From contig NC_009925.1 of the NCBI RefSeq assembly GCF_000018105.1, positions 3,180,001 to 3,212,000 of the forward strand: a stretch of DNA of 32,000 bases, in the 5' to 3' direction. Shown in pieces: positions 1 to 9,067 of this stretch. Position 1 is the stretch's first letter; each line of letters starts with the position of its first letter. Source of the stretch: Acaryochloris marina MBIC11017 (GTDB lineage Bacteria; Cyanobacteriota; Cyanobacteriia; Thermosynechococcales; Thermosynechococcaceae). The notes beneath the pieces were generated by a model. That model was not told where the DNA came from, did not search any database, and worked only from the letters and a program-made list of their open reading frames with translations. The position numbers were made by a program, and so were the translations under genes.

Positions 1-1200
1 TTCTAATGCTAGGACATTGCTGGGTAAAACTTGGGCATTGACGATATGGGTTTGTTTTGTACTACGACGATATCGAACAACTTGCTCAATTAGAAAAGCG
101 CCAATGGATACAGCCGCCCACTTATAAAAATGAGGACCATGTAAAAGCATGAGTCCGATCCAAGGGATATACGCTAAATGCATGGTGAAAAAGAGATTAA
201 AATTCCCCTTCTCTCGAATAAAAGGTAGAGCAGTAAACCACATTAACAACAGCAAGAGCATCAGTAATAAGCCGGTCCATCCTGAGCCGTAAAGTAAGAA
301 AAGACGCACAGGATAATCAATTTGAAAAGCTGCTGTTTCTGCAAGATGATTATTCAGATGAGCCACGGTATGGACAAGGCCTAACGAAAAAATCATTTGG
401 CCAACCAGTTTATGGAATGCTAGATGCTCATCAATGGGTAAATAGTCATTCAGCTTGGTTTTTCTCAGCCATGTCATCCAACGCCGCAGGATGGGGACTA
501 AAATCAATGCGCCATTAAAATTAAGGGCTAACCCACAGCCTCGAGCGATTCGATACCAAACAGTATGGAGCCTATACTGCGGTAAACGATAGGCGTAACA
601 AAATAAAGCAATATTGATTCCAAAATACAGCGCTAGAAATAGAAGCTTAATCCAATTGTTTTGGACATAATGCCATCGCTGTAGCCAATATTCTGGCTGG
701 CTCTGTTGATCTGAGCTGTCAGACCTTGGCTGCAACCATTGCGCTGGACTGACAGATAAAATGTCTTTCAATCGAGGAGATTGACTTAGTAGATCCTTAA
801 ATTCTGATAAGGATATTTCTTTATTTTGATTAGTATCTGCTTTCTTAAATAGGATGTCTCTGACTTGCTGAAATTGTGCGGTTGAGAGATCAAAGTTTCC
901 CTCTCTCAAGCTACTTCGAATAAATTTTGCGAGTTCTTGCTTATCAATACAGCCATCATCATTGCCATCATGGAGTTGAAAAGCAAATTCGAGTGGATTC
1001 TCTTGCGCTTGATGAATGCCGTTGTGAAACTCTTCAAAACTAATCCCTTTAGTTTGATCAGCATCAAAAATATGAAATAGACGTTCGCACAAATATTTGT
1101 TCGTCAACTCAAAAGCGATTTGGAATTCTTCAATCGTGAGCCTTAGATCATCGCCAGCATAGTCTTGAAACTTTTGTTCTAAGATTTCTAGATTATTCAT
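1..1200 (-). CDS. NOX5-like NADPH oxidase, N-terminal part: EF-hand domain plus ferric-reductase-type bis-haem transmembrane domain. The FAD/NADPH domain runs off the window.
   Basis: Not in the ORF track because there is no stop in the window. My translation of the minus strand from the ATG (complement of 1198-1200) gives MNNLEILEQKFQDYAGDDLRLTIEEFQIAFELTNKYLCERLFHIFDADQTKGISFEEFHNGIHQAQENPLEFAFQLHDGNDDGCIDKQELAKFIRSSLREGNFDLSTAQFQQVRDILFKKADTNQNKEISLSEFKDLL..., and the frame stays open to base 1. There are three canonical 12-residue EF loops: DADQTKGISFEE (1030-1065), DGNDDGCIDKQE (934-969) and DTNQNKEISLSE (802-837). Hydrophobic helices follow with His pairs AFHKLVGQMIFSLGLVH (i, i+14) and MHLAYIPWIGLMLLH (i, i+13). 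This is the same spacing as the haem ligands H101/H115 and H209/H222 of human NOX2. The translation ends ...VLPSNVLALE, which looks like the entry to the FAD-binding domain. Confidence 0.8.
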   Translation of the reverse strand, partial: MNNLEILEQKFQDYAGDDLRLTIEEFQIAFELTNKYLCERLFHIFDADQTKGISFEEFHNGIHQAQENPLEFAFQLHDGNDDGCIDKQELAKFIRSSLREGNFDLSTAQFQQVRDILFKKADTNQNKEISLSEFKDLLSQSPRLKDILSVSPAQWLQPRSDSSDQQSQPEYWLQRWHYVQNNWIKLLFLALYFGINIALFCYAYRLPQYRLHTVWYRIARGCGLALNFNGALILVPILRRWMTWLRKTKLNDYLPIDEHLAFHKLVGQMIFSLGLVHTVAHLNNHLAETAAFQIDYPVRLFLLYGSGWTGLLLMLLLLLMWFTALPFIREKGNFNLFFTMHLAYIPWIGLMLLHGPHFYKWAAVSIGAFLIEQVVRYRRSTKQTHIVNAQVLPSNVLALE

Positions 1201-1656
1201 GGGTGGGCTAAAGGATAAAGAAATTGTTCGAAGCCTCTAGTCTTTATATTAAAGCTAACCTTTTAAGGCTGACTTTTAAAAAATTAATGAGAGATATTTT
1301 TGATATTCTAAAGGTGGAAATAAAATCAGATTTAAGTGCAATTTAATTTGTGTCTTGCAAACATATTGATAAATGTTTATGCATAATACTTGACTGCGAT
1401 TTTGGATTTTTAGATAAAACCAAAAATTGGATAACTTGAAACTATATAATTTCCCATTAGGTTGGAAAGTGTAAAGCGTATAAAAATGATGATAGTCTAT
1501 AGTTATTGAAAGATGGTACTAGCAATATATACGTTTTTTCTACTAATTATTAATGATAAGAATATTTATATTATCTAAGCTGAAAATAATATGTTTATAT
1601 TCTTCTTGAGATGATATATGACCAATCGTTTGGTCATTGCTAACTACCATAGTTCA

Positions 1657-1808
1657 GAGGTTATTTATAAAGCAAACATTAGATGAGGTCTGAAATCCAT
1701 GATGTGCAATCAAACTAGCGTTTTTATCTCAGAAGTCATCATTCAAATCTCACAGCCTTTACTCAAAAGCGTTTAGCCTCATCTAATGTTTGCTTTATAA
1801 ATAACCTC
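1657..1808. repeat. Perfect 32-bp inverted repeat (arms 1657-1688 and 1777-1808) around an 88-bp spacer, inside an AT-rich intergenic region
   Basis: The left arm is GAGGTTATTTATAAAGCAAACATTAGATGAGG. The right arm, CCTCATCTAATGTTTGCTTTATAAATAACCTC, is its exact reverse complement. Neither end can be extended. Confidence 0.95.
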
Positions 1809-1956
1809 CCAGTGGATATAGTAAGGCAATTTGTTCATGGGCCTTGCTATGCTTTCTCTGGCTATATAAGCTACCACTGCTGAACACCATGCCATTTTTG
1901 AGGTAACCAGCAGATGAGAAATTAGAGCTTGGTATGACAACTGTGATGATACTGGC

Positions 1957-3438
1957 TTACGGTAACCATTGCGGACTGATGCCAGAGCCAACGGAATACG
2001 GCTGCTGCTTACTACTGTCTAACGGTAAAATCCAGAGATTACTGGTGGTTACTGGACTGCCCTGATTCGTCTGAATAGGCTCGTCATTTCCAGAGCTGGC
2101 CTTAATTGTTTCGGAACTAGCTTCAATGGCTTGGTCAAATAGCAACGCTGAACCATCTGGCGCAAGTGCCATACTGCTATCGCGCTGATTGGGTAAATTC
2201 AAGAGCCTCGTTTCTTTTTGGGTGGATAAGTCAATCGTGGCAAAATAAGGGATTTCTACATACTCTTCGCTAGAGCCTACCTCCGTAAGCAAGCAGTAAA
2301 GCAACTTTTTTTGGGGGGCAAACGTGGCCTTGAGAATTGAGCCAGTTACTTTAAGCAGTTCCGTTTGCTGGCCCTGATTTGTAACTAAAAACAAAGACTT
2401 GGTGAAATCGGGGTTGAACTTGATCATCGTAGCGGCTGATCCGTCTCTTGCGAAGCTTAAAACCATCCCAAATTTGGGCAAAAACTCCAAGGGCTGATCA
2501 TTTACACTGCTATCCAGGGGTAGGATCGCGAGTCCTTGTCCTTGGGCAATCACTAACGAGCGACTATCAGGAGCAATCAAGAAATCGCCTCCTTGTACAT
2601 TTTCTAAGAGCTGGAGGGATTTGCCTTCGGGAATTTGCCAAAGACTGACTTGCCCTAGGGCAGCACCGTCTTTGGGTGCTCGTTGGATCACAATCCGACT
2701 GCCGTCTAATGCTAGGTCGAATTTGAGGATTTGATATTGTTGGTTATCCAAGACTTGTTCAATTTCGCCAGCCGGTTTTCGAGGGCTGCTATCGAGATCA
2801 GGTGGATTGGCCTGTAACCCTGTCGTGACGGTGTAGAGTTCGGGATTAAACTCTCCTGCAGATGCAATACTTTTGGCTGTGGCGGCAAATAAAATGCGAT
2901 CACCATAGGGATACGTCTTAAACTCTGTGACGACTAGATCAGCAGGCGTCAGAATTGTTTTTTGGTCTTGGGTTAAATTCCGGAGAATTAACCGCCCAGA
3001 TTCTTCTCCATTGACCCCGATGTAGACATAGGCGCGATCGCGACTCCGAAACGTCCCCGCAAACGGTTGCATTACCTTGGGCCGAGCAGTAGGACTCCGG
3101 CGAGCTTCCTTCACTTGGCTGAGCTGAACTTTGAAGTCCGTTCCGTAGGGAATGGGCTCGGTTAGCGTATAGGCCAGTCGTCGGCCGGACCAGCTCAATT
3201 TTCCCGACAACTCAGGGGTTAAAGTTAGGTTTTCTTCAACCTTGGGCCAATCCATCGTCCGATTAAACGACAAGATAAAGGCCGTATCTTCAATCCCCAC
3301 CTGTTTCTCTTGCCAATTAAAGTCTCGAACAATCGGCATTGTATGGTCACCCCCCATGATGATAAAGCCAATCAGGAATGTGAGAATGACCATCACGGAA
3401 ATGGCAGCACGATCGAGGGGGTGAGGCCGATGCTTCAT
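1957..3438 (-). CDS. Membrane-anchored protein with an Ig-like (SbsA/Big_5-like) segment and TolB/PD40-like beta-propeller repeats; function unknown
   Basis: 493-aa ORF. It has an N-terminal transmembrane anchor (AAISVMVILTFLIGFIIMGG) and repeated xxPDGxxLxF-type motifs (LAPDGSALLF, IAPDSRSLVI, LALDGSRIVI, FARDGSAATM) typical of PD40 propeller blades. Confidence 0.55.
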   Translation of the reverse strand: MKHRPHPLDRAAISVMVILTFLIGFIIMGGDHTMPIVRDFNWQEKQVGIEDTAFILSFNRTMDWPKVEENLTLTPELSGKLSWSGRRLAYTLTEPIPYGTDFKVQLSQVKEARRSPTARPKVMQPFAGTFRSRDRAYVYIGVNGEESGRLILRNLTQDQKTILTPADLVVTEFKTYPYGDRILFAATAKSIASAGEFNPELYTVTTGLQANPPDLDSSPRKPAGEIEQVLDNQQYQILKFDLALDGSRIVIQRAPKDGAALGQVSLWQIPEGKSLQLLENVQGGDFLIAPDSRSLVIAQGQGLAILPLDSSVNDQPLEFLPKFGMVLSFARDGSAATMIKFNPDFTKSLFLVTNQGQQTELLKVTGSILKATFAPQKKLLYCLLTEVGSSEEYVEIPYFATIDLSTQKETRLLNLPNQRDSSMALAPDGSALLFDQAIEASSETIKASSGNDEPIQTNQGSPVTTSNLWILPLDSSKQQPYSVGSGISPQWLP

Positions 3439-3532
3439 AGGGTGGGAATCAGGCGGCTAGTCATCTCAGGATTAGAGTTCTAGTCTAGTTCAGGCGTGTC
3501 AGAAGTGACCTATTTAATGGATGACCCAGGCT

Positions 3533-4309
3533 TTACATGCCCATAATCGAATAGCCTGAGTCGACATAGAGAATTTGCCCGGTAATGCCAGTCGATAAAT
3601 CACTACAGAGGAAGGCTGCAGTGTTGCCTACTTCGGTTTGGGTGACCGTTCGCTTCAAGGGAGCCACTTCTTCAACATGGTGAATCATATCTAAAATGCC
3701 GCCCACAGCAGAGGAGGCCAAGGTTCGGATGGGTCCAGCTGAAATGCCATTGACGCGAACGTTTTGAGGACCCATTTCTGCCGCTAAATAGCGAACATTC
3801 ATTTCTAATGCCGCTTTGGCGATACCCATAACGTTGTAATTAGGCACGACTCGGGCACCGCCTAAGTAAGTCAAGGTCACAATGCTGCCCCCTTCCGTCA
3901 TCAGCGGTTTAGCGGCAGCGCTCAATTGCACTAAGGAGTAAGCACTGACATCCAAAGCCAGGTTGAAATTGTCTTGTTGGACCGCACTAAAATCACCGCC
4001 CAAATCTTCTCGGTTGGCAAAAGCCAAGCAATGAATCAAGATATCTAACTTGCCCCACTGCTGCTGAATCGAACTGAACGTGGCATCTACTTGCGCTTGA
4101 TCTTGAACATTACAAGGTAAAAACAAGCTGGGCGCTAGAGGTTCAACCAGCTTTTTAACTTTGGACTCGTTCCGTCCTTTCTCATCGGGTAGATAAGTAA
4201 TCCCCAGATTGGCCCCGGCGCTGTGGAGTTGCTGGGCAATGCCCCAGGCAATGGACCGGTTATTGGCAATTCCAGTGACCAGGGCGTTTTTTCCAGTTAA
4301 ATCAAGCAT
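3533..4309 (-). CDS. fabI: Enoyl-[acyl-carrier-protein] reductase (NADH), FabI
   Basis: 258 aa. The N-terminus is GKNALVTGIANNRSIAWGIA. The catalytic Tyr-x6-Lys lies in YNVMGIAKAALE. The C-terminus (ITGQILYVDSGYSIMG) is typical of FabI. Confidence 0.92.
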   Translation of the reverse strand: MLDLTGKNALVTGIANNRSIAWGIAQQLHSAGANLGITYLPDEKGRNESKVKKLVEPLAPSLFLPCNVQDQAQVDATFSSIQQQWGKLDILIHCLAFANREDLGGDFSAVQQDNFNLALDVSAYSLVQLSAAAKPLMTEGGSIVTLTYLGGARVVPNYNVMGIAKAALEMNVRYLAAEMGPQNVRVNGISAGPIRTLASSAVGGILDMIHHVEEVAPLKRTVTQTEVGNTAAFLCSDLSTGITGQILYVDSGYSIMGM

Positions 4310-4461
4310 GAAAATCAGTTGAATAGAAGTATGACAAGCCAGGGGAAGAAGGCGGTCAACAAAAGCCTGAACCTTGACTCCAGTTCTAGCTTAGAACGAG
4401 ATGTGAGCAAAACTGATATCTTTGCAGTTGAGGGCTGATTCAAGAGGGAGTTTTTGTATAT

Positions 4462-4475
4462 GTATATTTTGATAC
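4462..4475 (+). promoter_or_regulatory. Consensus NtcA-binding site GTA-N8-TAC upstream of ntcA; candidate class II NtcA-activated, autoregulated promoter
   Basis: GTATATTTTGATAC at 4462-4475. A TAN3T-type -10 candidate (TAATTT) sits at 4499-4504, 23 nt downstream of the box. The site is about 180 bp upstream of the first in-frame ATG of ntcA. Confidence 0.6.
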
Positions 4476-4651
4476 ATAAAGAAACCCATCAGTCCGCTTA
4501 ATTTATGTAAACTACACTTTTTGTTAAATCTGACTTTGATATAAACCCTAAGATTGCAGAAGCGACTTTAATTTCACCGTTTTACCTCAGACATAAACAC
4601 TAATTTTTCTTGCTTGTCTCTTCCTATACATCTTCCGTATCGAGTCAGGGT

Positions 4652-5353
4652 ATGAGTATGTTAATGGCCTCGCCTCAAGCTAATCGATTAACCCCCGAAA
4701 GTCCTCTTGCAGCTGTTTTTCGGCAGATGGGGAGTGGACTATTTCCTCCCGTCACCGAAACCTTTGATCGAGGAAAAACGATTTTTTTCCCAGGTGATCC
4801 GGCAGAGCGTGTTTACTTTTTAATTAAAGGAGCAGTTAAGCTTTCCCGCGTTTATGAAGCGGGTGAAGAAATTACCGTCGCACTGCTCCGGGAAAATAGC
4901 GTCTTTGGCGTTTTATCGCTACTGACGAAGCAGCGCTCTGATCGCTTTTACCATGCGGTTGCCTTTACGCCCGTTGAACTCCTCTCTGTGCCCATTGAGC
5001 AGGTGGAAAAAGCTCTGCAAAGTGATCCTGACTTACCCATGGTGCTGCTGCGGGGCTTGTCATCTCGGATTATTCAAACCGAGATGATGATTGAAACCTT
5101 GGCTCACCGGGATATGGAATCTCGCTTAATCAGTTTTCTGCTCATTCTCTGCCGTGATTTTGGGATTCCCAATGGTAGCGGCATTACCGTAGACCTAAAA
5201 TTGTCTCACCAAGCGATCGCAGAAGCGATTGGCTCTACCCGAGTGACTGTGACTCGCTTACTTGGGGATCTACGAGATCAGGAAAAAATTTCCATTCATA
5301 AGAAGAAGATCACGGTTCACGATCCGGTAATGCTCGGTCAGAGCTTTGCCTAG
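4652..5353 (+). CDS. ntcA: Global nitrogen regulator NtcA (CRP/FNR family)
   Basis: Long blocks characteristic of NtcA: [75 protein letters not shown], and the [27 protein letters not shown]. The ORF-track start at 4610 is a TTG. In-frame ATGs at 4652, 4658 and 4664 give a length closer to the usual ~225 aa. The exact start is uncertain. Confidence 0.93.
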   Translation: MSMLMASPQANRLTPESPLAAVFRQMGSGLFPPVTETFDRGKTIFFPGDPAERVYFLIKGAVKLSRVYEAGEEITVALLRENSVFGVLSLLTKQRSDRFYHAVAFTPVELLSVPIEQVEKALQSDPDLPMVLLRGLSSRIIQTEMMIETLAHRDMESRLISFLLILCRDFGIPNGSGITVDLKLSHQAIAEAIGSTRVTVTRLLGDLRDQEKISIHKKKITVHDPVMLGQSFA

Positions 5354-5371
5354 GGCTATTTGTCTATATCC

Positions 5372-6985
5372 TTAGGGTTTGTAAGGACGGTTGGATAAAC
5401 CGAGAATTTGTCGCTCCTTCTGGGCCGCTACGGCAGTAGTTTGGGCCGGATTGAAGGTAAGGGTCGGTGATTGACCGCTGGCTTCTAGCAAGGCGGTTTC
5501 TGACTGTAACGCTTTGAGAATGGCAGCTTGATGCTCTTTCAGCCATTTATATTGTTTCCACTCCTTGTCGTCTGTGGCGGCGGCAATGGCATCGGCATAA
5601 TGAAATAGATCGGCGAGCTGTTGAACTTTGGGTTTGGCGGTTTGCCAGCGCTTGAGATACTCGGCGATCACGTCCTGATAGTCTTCGGTCTGCTTGTATC
5701 GTTTTTTCCACCCCTCGAAGCTTGGGGTGGTCTTTTTGAGATCGGTGCTGTCTTCGAGATCGGTTGCTTTGCTGGGAGAGGCTTGAGCGATTAAAAAAGG
5801 CTGGCTGGCCATCTGCCTAGGTTGGGTGGGCAGTGAGAGACTTTGACTGCTGGCCTTCTGCATTAATGTCCAGCCCATGTTGGCGAGGGTCACTTTTTCT
5901 GGGGGGGCTGTTTTGGAGGTTGTTCGAATAAAGCGAATTTCTGAAAAGGCATAACCGACAAGATTGGGATCATCGGGAATAGCTAAAGGGGTTACGGTAT
6001 CGTCGTAGTCTGTTTCAATCCGGTTGCCTGCGGTATCTGCGATCGCAACAATGCGACCCATGGTATCGCGCTGAACCTGATACTTTTCCGGTACGGCAAT
6101 TTGGATCTCGGTGCGGCTATAGCCCGCGGGTAAATACCGGATAAAAAATCCATTCGGGTGATAAGACCATCGCCCTTGGGGCACGGTTCGATCCTTGGCG
6201 TCAGTCTTGGGGTTGCCGGATTGGACCGCAATCTTGGCTAGATCACCATAGCTTTTCTTTTGGTCAAGAGCGACTCTCATGCTGGCTTCTGCCTTGACTG
6301 TGGTTAGGGCGGCTGCGGGCACATTGGTAAAAATCGCTTCTTTTTGATCGGCAGGAATTAGCCCCAAGGCTTGCTGATTCAGAGTCTTAATCTCTTCAGG
6401 TGTCAGGAGTTGTTTTGCCGTGGCCTGCAATTCTTTAGATAAGCCTTTCATCTCGGCCCGAGAGAGAATGGCCCAAATTAGCGTTTGGATTTGAGCTTGA
6501 GGGATATCGGGCCACTTTGCAGCTTGTTGTAACATACGACCAATCAGCGCTCGATTATTTTCCACCAAAGAGGCCGGTAGATACCCGCTGCGTTTACCAG
6601 GACCATAAGAACCCACTTGGAGACTGTAACTTTCGACCTCTAGGGTATAAAGGCCAGGCTTCAGTTGGAAATTACCCTCGGCATCCTGAGAGAGATCCGT
6701 CAGGGGCTGCATGTCTTGGGGTTGCCAATCATCGAACAGTACAACTTCAGGATAGGCTTTGGCTAAGGATGTCGTAATGGGGGGAGATGGGTTAACTAGA
6801 TCGGTCGCAGTAGGAACGGGTAGGCCTCTCGGTTTAATCTGGGTGGCTTCTGGTGCCTTGGGCACTTCCACAGGTAAGCCAAACTGAGCAATTGCCCCTG
6901 TTGGAATTAACGCCAATGCTGGTAAGGCGAAAAGTCCGAATGTTAACAGTGCTTTCATCAATCTTGAATCCCCCAACAACCTCAT
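5372..6985 (-). CDS. Secreted or periplasmic protein of unknown function
   Basis: 537-aa ORF with a signal-peptide-like N-terminus (MKALLTFGLFALPALALIPTGAIAQ). The second ATG at 6958 is an alternative start. I recognise no family. It converges on ntcA with only an 18-bp gap. Confidence 0.6.
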   Translation of the reverse strand: MRLLGDSRLMKALLTFGLFALPALALIPTGAIAQFGLPVEVPKAPEATQIKPRGLPVPTATDLVNPSPPITTSLAKAYPEVVLFDDWQPQDMQPLTDLSQDAEGNFQLKPGLYTLEVESYSLQVGSYGPGKRSGYLPASLVENNRALIGRMLQQAAKWPDIPQAQIQTLIWAILSRAEMKGLSKELQATAKQLLTPEEIKTLNQQALGLIPADQKEAIFTNVPAAALTTVKAEASMRVALDQKKSYGDLAKIAVQSGNPKTDAKDRTVPQGRWSYHPNGFFIRYLPAGYSRTEIQIAVPEKYQVQRDTMGRIVAIADTAGNRIETDYDDTVTPLAIPDDPNLVGYAFSEIRFIRTTSKTAPPEKVTLANMGWTLMQKASSQSLSLPTQPRQMASQPFLIAQASPSKATDLEDSTDLKKTTPSFEGWKKRYKQTEDYQDVIAEYLKRWQTAKPKVQQLADLFHYADAIAAATDDKEWKQYKWLKEHQAAILKALQSETALLEASGQSPTLTFNPAQTTAVAAQKERQILGLSNRPYKP

Positions 6986-7002
6986 TCGCCAACATAAGAA
7001 AT

Positions 7003-7027
7003 AACCTCATGCAATTTGCATGAGGTT
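7003..7027 (-). terminator. Hairpin, possible terminator downstream of aroE
   Basis: AACCTCATGC-AATTT-GCATGAGGTT, a 10-bp perfect stem. On the minus strand it is followed by TATTTCTTATGTT. It lies 156 nt after the aroE stop and just upstream of the 537-aa gene. Confidence 0.35.
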
Positions 7028-7182
7028 GTCATAACTAACTATTTAGATTAGTTTGCCCATCTATTGAAGAGATTGAGCAGCTTAAGTAAAAGAATTTGCT
7101 GATTTTTTCGCGAATAAAGTCTAATGCAGCTAATTTTACCCTGTTTGGAGAATTAAATGGTTGTGCTGGGCTTGCCAATAAC

Positions 7183-8061
7183 CTAAGTAAAACAGGCCAG
7201 CAGTGCCTCTCGCATAATGTCCACAGGAGCGGGTTGATCGATCCATAGAGATAAAGCTGCAGCCCCTTGCTGTACCAGCATCTCTACCCCAGTGATGGCG
7301 ATGCGGCCACTGGCTTGGGTTTGTTTCAGCAATACCGTGGGATTGGGAGTGTAAATCAAATCATAGACAATGGCCTCTTTGGGCAACTGATCAATCTCTA
7401 CTGCGGAAAGAGGCGAGGCTTGGATATGAGGAGACATGCCGACCGGCGTGGTATTGATCAGCAAAGCAGCTTGGGGTAATAGAGGGGCAAGATCTTCCCA
7501 CAGATGAATTTGAATATCAATGGATAGGGTAGTGGCGCAAGTTGATTTGAGGTGTTCTAACTTGGCAGGTTGACGGCCAATGATATGAACCTGGAGACAA
7601 CCGAGCTGAGCACAGCCGGCTAACACCGCTCGGGCAGCGCCACCACATCCTAAGATGCAAGGGGTGATGGTCGACCAATCCCGATTGAGGGGCTGTAAAG
7701 GGGATAAAAATCCTTCCACATCCGTGTTAGTGCCTGCCCAGCCGTCATCGGTGGGCCAAACGGTATTGACAGCGCCCACTGCTTTGGCGATGGCGGTCGT
7801 TTCCGTCAGCAAAGGCATAATCGCTTGCTTGTGGGGGATCGTGATATTAAAACCACAGCATCCCAGCTCCCTTAAGCTGGAGACCACAGCAGGGAGGGCA
7901 TGAGCGGTCACCGGCAAAGGGATGTAGACATACTCCAGAAAACGGTGTTGCTGGGTCGCTAACGCTTGGAGGGCGGCATTGTGCATCACTGGGGATAAAG
8001 AATGTTCCACGGGATGACCCATGACGCCCAACAACTTTGTGGCACCCGTAATCTGAACCAT
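7183..8061 (-). CDS. aroE: Shikimate dehydrogenase
   Basis: 292 aa. Motifs: HSLSPVMHNAA, FNITIPHK, GTNTDVEGF, and the NADP-binding GCGGAARAV. Confidence 0.85.
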   Translation of the reverse strand: MVQITGATKLLGVMGHPVEHSLSPVMHNAALQALATQQHRFLEYVYIPLPVTAHALPAVVSSLRELGCCGFNITIPHKQAIMPLLTETTAIAKAVGAVNTVWPTDDGWAGTNTDVEGFLSPLQPLNRDWSTITPCILGCGGAARAVLAGCAQLGCLQVHIIGRQPAKLEHLKSTCATTLSIDIQIHLWEDLAPLLPQAALLINTTPVGMSPHIQASPLSAVEIDQLPKEAIVYDLIYTPNPTVLLKQTQASGRIAITGVEMLVQQGAAALSLWIDQPAPVDIMREALLACFT

Positions 8062-8123
8062 GTCTTGGCAATCGCTACTTTTGCATTTTGACTTGCAGGT
8101 GCATTAAAGGCACGTCTATCAGG

Positions 8124-8492
<369 letters not shown>

Positions 8493-8887
8493 TCAATGTA
8501 ATGAATAATCTGACATTAACGAATGAACTTTATGGAAATATCATCATTTTCCAAATTGGAAGTTTGTGGGCCAGGCTACTTAGATACAGATCACAGCTAT
8601 AAATGTTGATAGACGACTAGGATCTTGACGGTATCAAGATCTTTGAAATTGTAGACTGTCGAAGATCTATCTAGCCACGTCTTTGAAAGCATCGGGGTAA
8701 AGGTATAGATATTGTCAGGAAATGCTGGTAATGATGGTTTAAGTATGGCCCAGCGGTTGGCTATAAGGTGGAAACTGGCCAGTTTGACCCGGTGCCCGCC
8801 AGTCTAGAAGCAACTTCAACCGTCAAGACCCTAAGGCTTTGCCAGACACTTAATAAGAATTAGTTGCAAAAACTGGCCGACTACAGA

Positions 8888-8907
8888 GAGAATGAGAATA
8901 ATTACTC
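8888..8907 (+). promoter_or_regulatory. Fur-family (Fur/Zur) operator-like sequence upstream of the ABC ATPase gene
   Basis: GAGAATGAGAATAATTACTC matches the classical Fur box GATAATGATAATCATTATC at 14 of 19 positions by my alignment. It reads as GAGAAT GAGAAT A ATTACT hexamers. It lies 160 bp upstream of the ATG at 9068. Confidence 0.35.
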
Positions 8908-9067
8908 TAACTCAGATTGATGGAATGTAAGCAATCCAAAAGCGTTGTTCAGCTATAGATAGTCTTTTTTTGACGACAGGTTGGCATGCTCCATCGGCGT
9001 TTGGCAACATCACCATCATCTGTGATTTGGATTGATATTTTTTCTCCTCCTGTAGCTTGAATCTTTC

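Noticed and set aside
1657-1808. The inverted repeat interpreted as a MITE
   Set aside because: There is no target-site duplication (flanks are ...ATAGTTCA and CCAGTGGA...), and I cannot test for other genomic copies. I report it as an inverted repeat only.
1779-1991. 70-aa ORF on the minus strand
   Set aside because: It overlaps the 3' end of the 493-aa gene in another frame and runs into the AT-rich repeat arm. It has no ribosome-binding site and a non-coding-like composition.
8566-8579. GTGGGCCAGGCTAC as a variant NtcA site (GTG-N8-TAC) for glnB
   Set aside because: The half-site is non-consensus and the spacer is GC-rich. On the minus strand the best -10-like hexamer at the expected distance (TGATAT/GATATT) is poor. 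I found no perfect GTA-N8-TAC anywhere in 8463-9067.
8501-8602. 33-codon ORF (MNNLTLTNELYGNIIIFQIGSLWARLLRYRSQL) in the glnB upstream region
   Set aside because: It has no Shine-Dalgarno sequence and I have no conservation evidence. It is probably a chance ORF in AT-rich DNA.
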